DNA of 64,000 nucleotides from Carcharhinus amblyrhynchos (lineage: Eukaryota): NCBI GenBank assembly GCA_965287045.1, contig OZ336873.1:39494001-39558000 (forward strand), written 5' to 3'. A model generated the notes under the pieces. It had not been told where the DNA came from. It saw nothing but the letters and a program-made list of their open reading frames with translations, and made no database searches. This document shows, one piece after another, positions 40,140 through 52,180 of the stretch. The first letter of the stretch is position 1. Each line of letters begins with the position of its first letter. The position numbers were made by a program, and so were the translations under genes.

Positions 40140-40980
40140 ACATGTTCAAACCTCTTTGCTTTGCACTGTTGAGTACAGCGCAGCACAACACAACCATTCT
40201 GGCAACTTGAACTGGTACATTATGAAAGGTGCCACCGGATGTGTGCAGGCCCCCAAAGCACATCTTTAATGATGGCTTGTTCAATCATAATAGTTGTTAC
40301 ATGGTTTTCATTATATTGCTCCTAGGTCTCATTGATGACATCTGTGAAGAACTCAACCAATCACATTTTAAGTGGGTATTTCCTCAGCAGTCAGCTAACC
40401 TGCTTTGACGTGCAAAGAGTTTTCAGGAAGGGTGGCCTGCTGCAAGATGAAAGCATCATGGCAACTATCTAAGAATCTTGCATTCACCTGTACAGACATC
40501 TTATTCACCTGAACAAACATTTTATTAACATCAGCTGCACACAAATAAAGTGGAAGCTTCAAATGAGGTTGAATTGTGGTTGAGTTATGGGTGCCTTTAT
40601 TATTACATGCACACAGTTGATGGTGCCCTGCTCCTGTGGGAAGCTAACCAAATCTGCACTACTGACTGAATCTACCAATGACAAAGATGTCATAATTACT
40701 TGCCTGAACAAACAAGCCATCAACTACCTTCTTATGGGCCGCTAATTGTGAAATCTCGCAAATGTCTCTGGCAGAGATCTGAAAGGCTCCAAAGGCAAAG
40801 AGGTTGAACTGACTTTGACAGTCACTGGTGAAGCATCCCCACGCCCCCCCAACCCACCCGTCCACTTGACAGCAGGTCTTGCTCCAGCAGGTTGCAAATA
40901 TCTGCCACGACCTGATGCATGACCTTGAGCCATTATCTCGACATGTTGAGGGAATTGATCCTTTGCCTGCAGATTCTATA
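40140..40980 (-). pseudogene. PIF/Harbinger DDE transposase (HARBI1-like) pseudogene
   Basis: YRICRQRINSLNMS..QVVADICNLLEQDL; NLFAFGAFQISARDICEISQLAAHK; FPQEQGTINCVHVIIKAP; ARFLDSCHDAFIL; IEQAI..LKMCFGGLHTSGG; VVLCCAVLN. Confidence 0.85.
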
Positions 40981-41229
40981 TAGCTTCCTTGCTGCTGATG
41001 CCCTTGCTGCTTTCTGTCTGCAGGTTTGTAAGCAGCAAGCTAATTGGCCATGAGTTGAGTGGCTTGCTAAAGGGCACAGAACACAGGGCTTCTTCAGACA
41101 ATTTCAAGGAGAAGAATGATGTCGTCGGCACACATGCTGCCTTGGATTCCCTCATTATTGCAAAGTTCTCTTAGTTTCTACCAGGGCACACATCTGACAA
41201 GCACATTCAAAAGTCAACCAATGTTCCTA

Positions 41230-41370
41230 TAGCTCTTGGCGCTAAAAAGGTCAAGGGATTTGGGGTGCAGGGGGGAGGTGGGATCAGTATATTGAAGCTG
41301 ATGATCAGCTATGATCAAAGTGAATGGCAGGGCAGGTTGGAACAGTTGAATAGTCTACTCCTACTTCTAT
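41230..41370 (+). mobile_element. CR1 3' UTR fragment
   Basis: gatgatcagctatgatc..gaatggcagggcagg..tctactcctacttctatttt. Confidence 0.7.
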
Positions 41371-41371
41371 T

Positions 41372-41743
41372 TTCTGTTTCTGTGGGTCTGGAGCCAAAAC
41401 GAGGCCAGATCAGGCAAGGTTTGCAGATCTCCTTCCCTAAAGGGCAATAGTGACGCCTCTTCCGAAATGCAGAATGTATCTGTTCTGCGTGTCCTCCTTT
41501 GTAGGACAGGATTGTCAGTAGAAGCCAAGCCATGCCCTCTTCTTACAGCACTGGCTACCATATTTTGCTAAACCTTCATTCACAGATACACTGAAAAGCT
41601 TTGGGACATATAAATTGTTTTACTGACTGAGTGATTGAGGTGAGTGGGTAGGGTGATGGGATAGTTAATGCTGTAGGTAGGCTGTGGTGGAATTTGAATC
41701 TGGTTTCCCAGGCCATTAGCCTGGACCTCTGGATCCTGGTCAA
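41372..41743 (-). mobile_element. Second tRNA-SINE family copy with its middle replaced by an inverted local duplication
   Basis: 41375-41452 and 41685-41743 align with 37040-37120 and 37215-37275. Confidence 0.65.
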
Positions 41744-41918
41744 GTTGAGGAGATGCTGGCTTTGGACTGGAGTAAACACAGTAAGAAGTCTCACAACACC
41801 AGGTTAAAGTCCAACAGGTTTATTTCATAGCAAAAGCCATTAGCGCTGCTCCAAAAGCTAGTGGCTTCTGCTACCAAATAAACCTGTTGGACTTTAACCT
41901 GGTATTGTGAGACTTCTT
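41744..41918. mobile_element. Second palindromic short retro-insertion (same family as 37767), TSD tggtcaa
   Basis: Hairpin aagaagtctcacaacaccaggttaaagtccaacagg...cctgttggactttaacctggtattgtgagacttctt; tggtcaa at 41737-41743 and 41921-41927. Confidence 0.8.
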
Positions 41919-41989
41919 CTTGGTCAACTGACAGTATCATTATGATACTGTATCCCCAAAGTTAACTCAGCACAATGGGTAACGGGTTG

Positions 41990-42105
41990 AAGGGTTATGG
42001 GGAGAAGGTGGGAGAATTGGGGATGAGGAGCATATCAGGCATGATTGAATGGCGGAGCAGACTCATTGGGCTGAACGGCCTAATTCTGCTCCTACATCTT
42101 ATGAA
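41990..42105 (+). mobile_element. CR1 3' end fragment
   Basis: aagggttatggggagaaggtggg...catgattgaatggcggagcagactc..ggcctaattctgctcct. Confidence 0.75.
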
Positions 42106-43369
42106 CTTATAAATACTGGTTGGGAGAGAGTCAGAATTGGAGGACTTTTTGGGGGGGGGGGGTGGTGGTGTGGGAGGTTGAGTCAAGGGAGGAAGAACTT
42201 TTTTTCCCGGCAGGACTGTACATAATCATGCACACTGCTGCCTTGCCTCAAATCCCAACCTTCCACTTACCCCTGATGTTTCAAGAACACTGACCCCCAA
42301 CACCTCACTGGCCCCAACCGGCTCTCTTCCCCCACCCCGACCCCAATTCCACCCGACCCTCCAACTCTTTCTTGGCCCTTGACTCTGCCCCAATCCTCCA
42401 ATGCCATCCAGCCCTCTGTCCCCACACATCACGCCAGCCAATCCTACCCTGACACAACCCCCACTCCAACCCTCCCACACTAACGAGCTGGTCATGCTAA
42501 CTAGCCTGGTAACTACCATTCTACCCATCTTGCCACCCTATCCAGCTAGCACATATCCACATTGCCACCTATTTATCACCCTGCCACTCTAACTACCTAC
42601 TTACTACCCTGACACACTACCCACTCTATTATCCCACCCAGCTGGAACTATACCCTACCACCCAGCCACTCTTCCAGCCTACCTAAAACATTAACTATCC
42701 CAGCAGCCTATCCACTCACCTCAATCACTCAGTCAGTAACACACTGAAAAACAATTGAGATATCCCAAAGCTTTTCAGTGTATTTGTGAATGAAGATGTG
42801 GCAAAATATGGTAGCCAATGCCGTAAGAAGAGGGCATGGCTTGGCTTCCACTGACAATCCTGTCCTACAAAGGAGGACACGCAGAACAGATACATTCTGC
42901 ATTTCGGAGGAGGCCTCATTGCTCAAACATAGTCTAACACACTGCAGTTAAGTGCAGATATGGGTGGGATGGAGCTTGCTTCCTGATGTGTTGACAATCT
43001 CCACTATAATAATCTCCCAGAGTCATGCCTGCTTGTTAAAATTCAACCCAAATGCTCAACAATATTAATAAATATACAAATACATATTTATGCAAATACT
43101 TCTGGGGGTAGACTAATTAAACTTTGTTGTAAAGATGAAATATTAACATGGTATAAATAAACTTCTTATTGCTCTTCTCTGACTTTACACTACTGGCTCT
43201 TTCTGACATTTTCATATGTTTGAATAAGCAACATTAGCCAATTGAAGGTTCACCAATGAATTTGCCTCTTAAAATGCTAGTCACTCCAATCAGGGCATAT
43301 AAGGGTCAGATTGTTATTAGACCATAGAGTAGGCACAAATTGGAAAACGGCTCAACTTCTTTGCATTAC

Positions 43370-43420
43370 CTTTATGAGCATTAGTGCTTCGCTGAGTTCA
43401 GTCACATCAATATCACTTTC
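43370..43420 (-). CDS. RPGRIP1L: RPGRIP1L coding exon, 51 bp
   Basis: tttcag| ... |gtaat; ESDIDVTELSEALMLIK. Confidence 0.95.
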
Positions 43421-43680
43421 CTGAAATTAAAACGGTCAATAAAGGGCATTATTAAATAGAAATGAATAATACAGGGATAGCTAAAAATGACATACTCGAT
43501 TCTCACCAAATATGACATTTGCTTGAATATCATGAATAAATAAACCATCACATTTTACATTCTTTTTTCCAAGGTTTGATGATGCAGAAAGCTGGTGGAC
43601 TTACACCATGCATAAAACATTTCAGGCATTCCATTGTCACATTCTGGTAGATATAAAGTCAGTGCAGGTAAGTATCTTAC

Positions 43681-43787
43681 TTTGGTGAAGAACTTCATGT
43701 GCTCTTTTAGTTCATCCAGCTGTTGCTTGTGTTCCAAATAGTGCAGCTGGAGCTCTTTGTTCTCCTCGGAGAGTCGCTCATTTTGTT
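43681..43787 (-). CDS. RPGRIP1L: RPGRIP1L coding exon, 107 bp
   Basis: gtcag| ... |gtaag; (E)QNERLSEENKELQLHYLEHKQQLDELKEHMKFFTK. Confidence 0.95.
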
Positions 43788-44233
43788 CTGACATCCATGG
43801 TACAGTAAGTGGAAACAATAGGAAAACAGGCAACAATGCATTAAAATTAAAATGTAACAATGACAGTATCTAATGACAGTGTGGCAAGTGAAATCAAGAA
43901 AGGCATGTATCCAGTTTTTGTCCTGAAGTGCTTAAGATTTAATGTTTATAAATTCCTTTGAAAATCCTGAGATAGAAGTTCCTGTGTGCCATATGTAACA
44001 GAACAATAAAAATGCTCTTCAGAAATGGATTTACAAATGTGTTACAGATAGAAAAAAAATCCTCCAATGATTTTGTAGCAATTTACCATTTGTTAAGATG
44101 AGCTGTTTCCTACAACAATGACTAGTCTTCAGAAATACCTTGTTGGCTGTAAAGTGCTTTGAGGTGTCCAATGGTCGTGAAAAGTGCTCAATAATTTTAA
44201 GTTTGGGCATGCGATTAGAAATTTCTTAGACAT

Positions 44234-45506
44234 TGTAAATGACAACTGGGATTTTAGGATCCTTAACATTTAAATCTAGCTCAGTGTTTGATCAAGAACA
44301 TTTTTTGAAAGACCATGAAATTACAATACAGTTGTCAAGATTTGCTGTCTGCCTAGAATGAGATTATAGTTATTAAACTATCATAATCATCTAGTTCATG
44401 GCTCATATTAATATTTGAGGTAATTTTTAGTTTGGAGAAGATTTAATTTATATGAGTAAAGTATTTAAATTGCTGGACTTTAGAAACTGCCAGAACACCT
44501 CAAATAATGGCAGTTCAAAGCGTTCCATGTGAACCTGTGGGGTCAAAGGTAAGAGGGTGAAAGCCATAAAACCAGCAAGTGGCCTTCACTTAGCTGGGGA
44601 ATTGTAGACAGCAAGTCTGAGGAGAACTGCCCTGACCCAATTAGAAATTTAAAATAGTTGTGTGGATCTCTGGGGCAAAAGATTTGATTTTGAAGTTGGA
44701 AGTTAATCACTCTAAAATTTATTGGATATCTCAATTAACCTCTGTTGTCATCAGGATGAGTAATTCAGGGTGGAGCTTTGATTGGAATTTTGGGAAACTG
44801 TGGGATTTTTCCAGAAGGTTTTTGAGTATGGAGTTAAAAGCACCCAAGCTGGTGGGTGTAAACCAGGAATTTAGCAGGCAGGGAAAGATTTTGCTTACAG
44901 AAAAACAGGTATAACCCAAAACAAACATGCTATCAGAAATGAAGGGTATTTCTGAAGGACACGCACGAAGCAGTTAGTTTGAAGAATGCAGAGATGCCAG
45001 AGTTTGAGCTGAGTAGTTCATATTCAGGAGGTTTGAAGATATGTTGGAAGATTGCTCAGCTGAAAGCTAATGGAAAGGTCCCCATGAAATTTCATACATC
45101 AGAGAATAGCTAGAAGACTGAGGAGTCAGTAAAGTGAATTCCTGAGAACAGTGGCACTCTGCTCCTAGGAAACATAGGAACCTTCAAGACACTGATAACT
45201 AATTGAAGATCTTCCGGTGGGAGTCATTGTAAGTAAAAAGGGAAGTTCAGCTGAGAAGTATATGTGACGTGCTTTATGTTTTTCCATAATAAATATTCAC
45301 CGAAGACAATATTTATTTAGTAGTGTTTGCTCGACTAGTTTCACCTTAGACAGTGTTTATTTAGGTGTGTTTGCTTGACTTGTTTCTTGTGCAGTAAAAT
45401 TAGTTTGTCTTAAACAGTGGAATCTTGTGGCATAATTCCCTTCATTCGATCGCTGCATGTTTAAATTTCTCTTTAAATGTTAACAGGGTCTACAGGGATT
45501 GTACCA
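44234..45506 (+). mobile_element. Possible solo LTR
   Basis: TG...CA-like ends, AATAAA near 45287 followed by a GT-rich stretch; no TSD confirmed. Confidence 0.3.
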
Positions 45507-45824
45507 AAACCTTCCTGTGTCATTGAAGAAGCAAATGAAAATATTACTTTTGCAAATAGCGGATGTTGATTTTAACAAAGAAAGAACAAAGTGTGGCATA
45601 TTTATCCCACAATGTATAAGTGATTGTGTCTTGAACATCATGCGTTCAATGGTATTATTTTGAACATATCCACTGGAACTTTCAACAGCAGAAGTATAAA
45701 AAAAATCACTGTGTTTCCTGCCAATGCAAAATGGTCATCTGTACATGCGCACTGGTCCATGCAGATGTCACTCTGCTCAGACAAAAAGTAGTTAACGTCT
45801 TGAAATCACACACAAGACATACTG

Positions 45825-46823
45825 AGGTCAATTCTCCCAGCCCGCTTTACTGCTCCAGCAGCGCGACAGGCTGGGAAACATCAGCGGAGGCCTTTTAGCG
45901 GGCTCCCCACTGGGTGCCACAGCCTTTGGAAGTCTTTGGCTCCAGAATTTTTGAGGTAATCAGCTCTGCTCTGGAAATTGGCGCAGAGCTATCTAAATCT
46001 AAATTTTAATGTCTTTCGCAGTCCCGGGATTGAAGTCTCCGGACTTGCTAGCATCTCCCCTCACTGGCCAGGAGTGGTTCCCTCCAGCAAGGTTTTCAAC
46101 TGCTGCCCACTAATGGGGAACAGTAGTATTTTCTCTACTTGTTTCACCTTAGAGAGTGTTTATTTAGGCTGACCTTGCAGGAGGGAACAGAAGCCATGGA
46201 GACCCCCCAAGGAGGTTGCAGGTAAGGGGGTGCACCCAGGGCATTGCCAACCTTGTAGTAGCAGCGTGGCCCTAACTCTGCCCAAGGGGCAAACTGGCAA
46301 TGTCCAAGGGGCACCTTGGCACTGCCAACCAGGCATCAGGCAGTACCAAGGGTTGAAGCCTGTTGGGGGCCAATGGGTGGGGGGACCTGCTGCCACTCTG
46401 CATTCGGGATCAGTGGCAGAGGGAGGGAAGAGGGTGATCAGGCGAGGTGGGGGGGAGGGGTGTGAGAACGAGACCGGGGAGGCTGGTGATCAGGGGTGGG
46501 GGTTCGGAGTGTCAGCGATGTGGGGTCGTGAAGCTGGCCAGCGATTGGGAGGCTGCCAGCGCAGGGCCACTGTACATGTGCCAATCTGAGTGCTGACAGA
46601 TTGACGTATGCACAGTAGCCAGCTTAGCGCTGTGCTGCCGGCCTTTGTAGTGGGAATAGGCCCTGCCCCCTGATTTTCAGAGTAAAAACGCTAGGGTGGG
46701 CAGTCTGCAGTGCTCAGAATGTGGGAGATTCATTCTGAAAATCATGCTAAAAGAAAAATAGGTGGGAATTACTCCAGTTTTCATGCAAATTCAGCATTTT
46801 AATTTTTTTGGAAGATTCACCCC
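45825..46823. mobile_element. Non-autonomous TIR (Harbinger-like) element of about 1 kb
   Basis: GGTCAATTCTCCC ... GGAAGATTCACCCC termini; GC-rich interior homologous to 450-1503. Confidence 0.6.
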
Positions 46824-46949
46824 CAATATGTTCCAGGCAAAGAGGATATTGGGTCATAATACATTTAGTATTGAGTAATTGGAACAGACTTGGTTCATGA
46901 TCTAACTGAAATTTGAAAAGAAGAAACATAACACAAATACTAATATCCT

Positions 46950-47075
46950 TTCGCTGGAATTCTACTGCCACGCTTGCCACAGAATCAGAATGGGCAAAGG
47001 GCAGACAGCAGAAATGTCCATTGAGCTCGGGTGAGAAATTCCAGTCTCACTCAAGCGAGGCCATAAAATCCCGCC
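46950..47075. mobile_element. MITE (reverse orientation of the 20982 family)
   Basis: gctggaattctac...ataaaatcccgcc. Confidence 0.6.
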
Positions 47076-47639
47076 AAAAAAGCGTATACTGTAACAGAAT
47101 AAGTTACAGTTTAATCACAAATAACCTGTAGGAATGACCATGAATTGAACATCTAATTGTATCAATGCCACTAGAAATTGTCCGAAATAATACTGGTTTG
47201 GCAGTTCATTTTATTTTCCTGTCCACTGAAATCAGTGGAAAGAAAAATCAGACTGTTACGTAATGAGTGGCCGATCTGCCACCATTTTTTATCCATGTTC
47301 AGACCTAAACGTTTCCCCCCCCCCAAGGCTCTCAATATTGCCAAAATTGAGCACTGTGGCCTGTGAAAACAGCAACATATAATCTAGGCACCAAAGTATT
47401 TATTTGGCATGAATTTACAACTAAAAATATTAATTGATTCCAAATGGATAGTGGCTTGGCTCCCTTGATTTTGGTTCACTAATCAGGCACACACTGATAT
47501 GGAATCTATGCAATCCTACCAGATGGGCAAATCAAAAAATGAGTTTTTCCATCATTATGACACCTTTCTTAAGCAAAAAAAACGTTTTATTTAAAACTAA
47601 AGCCATCATAATCCAAAGACCATTATTTGACACTTCGGC

Positions 47640-47826
47640 AAACATGTTGAATAGTTTGCATAAAACTTTGAACTCTGTCTCTAACAGCACTACGGGAGTA
47701 TCTTCACCACATAAACTGCAGCGGTTCAAGGCGGCAGCTCAAACCACTTCCTCAAGGGCAATTAAGGATGGGCAAGAAATGTTGGCTTTACCAGCCACAC
47801 CTGCCTTTAACGAATGAATAAAAAAA
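47640..47826 (+). mobile_element. LINE 3' fragment (28836 family)
   Basis: actgcagcggttcaaggcggcagctca...caagggcaattaaggatgggca...gaatgaataaaaa. Confidence 0.7.
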
Positions 47827-48785
47827 TGAACTACAAACTAATTCCAATCTTAATGCTTCATGCAACGTCAATAAAAGACATAATATGGCTTGGAATTTGA
47901 TTGTGTTACACTCATTTTACAGGCAGAAAATGGGCACGACGGGACGCAGCCAGGATTTTCTAGTCTTGCCAATGACGGGCACTGTTGCAGGTGGGATGGG
48001 AAAGTTTGGCCAATCTCCAGGTTTTCCAGTCCTGCTCACAATGCCTACCACTGCTGGGACCAGAGACATCTGCTACAATTTCAGTGACAAATATCCTGCA
48101 GGTTAAGGACAACAGAAAAATATGCAAACCAACAATGAGCTGTGCCATTTTTTATGCATCCTTAGCAACTGCCTAAATAAAATGATAAGCCCTTCCTATA
48201 TGCACATAGTGACAGGTTATACGAATTTCTGTCCCTACAAATAACTAACGGAAATAACAAGTGCTGCATTTGGGGAAATTGTATATAAATTTAGACTGGT
48301 GATTATACCCTTTAATATCTTTATACAGACTATTGAATATAGATTAAAAATAAAAATTAATGCTTTAGAATATGAACTAATAAATTTTATAGTAGTTAAT
48401 ATATTATATCTGCTGTTATTTAAAATATTCATCCAAACATTAAATCCCTGTAAGTATAAAAAATCTATGACAATTGCAGTTACTTTGCTCATACAAGTAT
48501 CATTCCTATGTTGTACAATTTCTGTGGAGTCTGCATTTTAGTTTTATACCCACTTCCTTCACAGACCTTTTTATTTAAAGAATAATATATCATAATTGTT
48601 CTGCAGAAACACTACAATTAAAAACATGATACAACTGCAGGGTATTATTTTGCTTACAGTGTAATTCTGGAAAGTTCTAACATCTTACAGATGCTCATTT
48701 CTTAACCCTTTATAATCCATACTATTAAAACTTAACATTCCAAAATTGCAGGCATTTTCCACTGCAATGAACATCATGAACACAG

Positions 48786-49097
48786 TGGGGAGATGGTGGT
48801 CTAGTAGTCTCACTGCTAGACTATTAATCCAGAAACTCAGTTAATGTCCTGGAGACCCGAGTTTGAATCCCACCATGGAAAATGGTAGAATTTAAATTCA
48901 AATTAAGAATCTACTGATATCATGAAACCATTGTTGATTGTTGGAAAAACCCATCTGGTTCACTAATGTTGTTTAGGGAAGGAAGTCTGCCATCTTTACC
49001 TGGCCTGGCCTACCTATGACTCCAGAGCCGTAACTGCCCTCGGAGATGGCTTAGCAAGCCACTCAATTCAAGGGCAACTAGGGATGGCCAGCCAGCG
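48786..49097 (+). mobile_element. Second tRNA-SINE family copy
   Basis: B-box-like gtttgaatccc; core ccatctggttcactaatg..tttagggaaggaa; tail caagggcaactagggatgg. Confidence 0.75.
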
Positions 49098-50869
49098 GTG
49101 CCCAGTTTTTCCTATGACGGAGAAGTGTTGCATGGCGGGAGGGGGTGGTGGGATTGTTTGAAACCCAAGTTGCAGGCAGGGGATTCAATCAGAGCCCACC
49201 CCACCAGCGTGGCATTGTGGGAACTACTCCTTGGATTTTTTTTCTATGTTGCTTGCAATACAGCAGAGGAAGCTGCCACTGGGGCCAATGGCTTCTGCAC
49301 TGCTTTTTCCGTCTGTTGCCACATTGTAAAGAAATGACAAAATCCACCCTTAATGTCTGTGAGAAAAAAACCATGGTTGATATTATTAATCTAATATGTG
49401 TCTGAATAGTATATTGTGTATTTCTTTTTGGGATGAAATTGTCATACTGTACCTGATGCCCATGCAATGTAGTTTCCTTTAGTGTTTTTACTTCTGTTGA
49501 GAAGGTGCGAAGGTTACTAGTATTACTAGATAGGTATTTGCAGTAGTATGCACAAGCAAAAGAAAAACACTCTCCAAACTGACCACTTTAAGAAGGGACA
49601 CATTGTAATATTTAAAATTTGTAGATGTTTCAATAAGTATGTCAGTTGAAACAACTATATTTACAACAATTAAACTCTGTTTGGGTGAGTTCTTTTTGCA
49701 GTAATTATTATAGATTTTTTTACGTTTCCTAGTCCTCTGAAATGCTAGATTTGCCCTAGGTCAGTTCTATTCTATTCTCATAAATGCAAGCCAATTGCAT
49801 TTTTTGAACCAATTTAGTCGCTATGAGTGATGTAATCTTTTTGAAAATGTAATAACTACAATTTTTACACACTGAGGTTGTGGATAGTTCATTTACATGA
49901 AGGCCTATAGAATGGTCAGAACTTTAGCCTCAATTATTTTGCATATCTTTAGGTTAAACTTGAACAAAAAATAAATTTAAGTAGTCACTCTTCTGTTACA
50001 TTTGCAACATCTGTGGATCAGTATAGAGGATTCATCATGATGGTAGTGCCACTTTATACAGGTTCCAAGTCAAAATACCAATGAGTATGCATGAAAATGA
50101 GACAGATAATATGGATGTCCTTCAAAAATTATTTAATGGCAGCTTTCCAAAATTGAAAAGTAGCATAATTTAATTCTGAACTGTATATTTTGGTATACAT
50201 TACCATCTGCACTAATTAAACTGCAATTTATGTGACAGCGTTAATTATTTTTGATGTCACAATCTAAATCCCAGTGATTAACCTAATTCTTTCCCAGAAC
50301 ATGTTTTATTTAAAAAAAGAACAGGAATTAGTGAACACAAAGAGATAAATGGCCCTGTTACAAAAAGAATCTATATTTAATTCCTGTTGTTAAACTTTGC
50401 AAGAACATAGGAACAAGTTACATGCAAAGTTTACACCAATATACTTAAAAATAAGGGCACATCTCATAAAAAAACACCAATGGTTGTGGATAATAAACAA
50501 GCGGTTTACTGTTTCTTTTTATTACAATTCTAATTGTATGCAATCCTATCAATAGAACCCATGTGAACCACTAGAAGTGGCATTTCTGCATCCAACTATA
50601 ATGGGTGAACAAGAAATGTAAAAGTAAATATGTAAATCGTTTAGTTTTTATTTATTTGCTTATCAATGTGTTAGATTTACTGTGCAAAGGCTGAAGATAA
50701 TTTCCCTTTCACAATGGATCATTAAAACGCATGAAAAAAAAACAAGACATTTAACGCAACAATTTGATGCAACCCTTTCTCCGAACAGAACTTCCGACCA
50801 AATTTGATACATTTTACATCAATCTGCTAGTGACTGAGGAGCAAGCAGCATGATAGACATCCTTAAATC

Positions 50870-51497
50870 TAATAGCTTTTTCAAGCAGTCTGGTAGATGC
50901 ACCATAGAAAACGTTCTTTCTGGTTGTACCACAGCTTAGTATGGCTCCTGCTCTACCCAAGACCGCAAGAAACTACAAAGGTTTGTGAATGTAGCCCAGG
51001 CCAATCATGCAAACTAGCCTCCCATCCAGTGATTCTGTCCACACGTCTCACTGCCTTGGAAAAGCAGCCAGCATAATTAAGGACCCCATGCACCTTAGAC
51101 ATAAACATATATTTTACAACCTCGCTTGGGCGAGGCTTGTAAGATCACGCCTGAGAATTCCATTCTGGAGGCTGCACCCGCCCCCAGGGCAAGCGTGGTG
51201 GTAAAATTTCGGCCATACTCTCTTCCACCTTCTTTTATCGGGAACAAAATACAAAAGTCTGAGATCATGTACCAACCAGCTCAAGAACAGCTTTTCCCCC
51301 ACTGCCATCAGAACTTGAAAGGACCTACTTGCACAAAGTTGATCTTTCTTTACACCCTAGCTATCACTGTAACACTATATTCTGCACTCTCTCTCCTTTC
51401 CTTCTCAATGAATGGTATAACTTATCCGTACGACGCGCAAGAAATTATACTTTTCACTGTATACTAATACATGTGACAAGAAAATATCAAATCAAAT
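50870..51497 (+). mobile_element. Rex1/Babar LINE 3' end, interrupted by a MITE (~51100-51214)
   Basis: RCTIENVLSGCTTA.YGSCSTQDRKKLQRFV..TSLPS..CLGKAASIIKDP..LKNSF; tail (aaatc)n. Confidence 0.85.
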
Positions 51498-52180
51498 CTC
51501 AAGCTTGTCTCAGTTGGTGTCAGTGTTTCCTAGCTAGAAGCCCACAATCTCTAATCATACCTCTACTCATTACTAAAACTTCACTAGACTTCGGGGAGCT
51601 CTGTCACCTCTTGGCCAGGCCACTGGGATGGAGCACTGCCCTCTTATAAGCCAACACTTAATCTTGTGCTTGAAACAGATGCCCATTTTGGAAACTGAAA
51701 GACCAACAAAGTTTCATTTCATGCAACTGGCTTTCAACTGTGTAAATGCTTTCAATTTAGGGAATGGAAATGAACAGTGACATTTTGAAAAACATAACTA
51801 TTAATAATTTGCCTACCATATTATTTTGAAAAATTACACGTGATACATTTTAAAAAAACAAGGCCGCTTTTCATAATTCAAAACATTTACCAATTTAGGG
51901 ACAGCAATTTTGCAAAATATTTTTAACAGGAGTATCTGGAGTTCCATAATTATCAACAAAGGGATGTTTCTACATAAGGATTGCGAAGTACTGACAACCA
52001 GAAGTAGTTTGGGATGAAAATGAAAATGGTTTGTAATTTCATCAAAACGAATGTGTAAATTACAAATTGACAGAAAATTGTCATGGAATCCCTGTTGTGA
52101 TTTGTCATTCTTGCTAAATGAGATTTGCACAGATATCGGGTTATTACAGCATTAGGCTGAGCTGTGAAGACCCACACCTT

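Larger units (their letters stand above)
41451..42922. repeat. Inverted repeat pair of about 235-245 bp (41451-41684 and 42675-42922)
   Basis: e.g. ccgaaatgcagaatgtatctgttctgcgtgtcctcctttgtaggacaggattgtcagt vs its reverse complement at 42850-42907; roughly 85-90% identity by eye. Confidence 0.92.

Noticed and set aside
40140-40980. Possible domesticated HARBI1 gene
   Set aside because: Multiple stops and frameshifts and degenerate catalytic motifs; a transposon fossil
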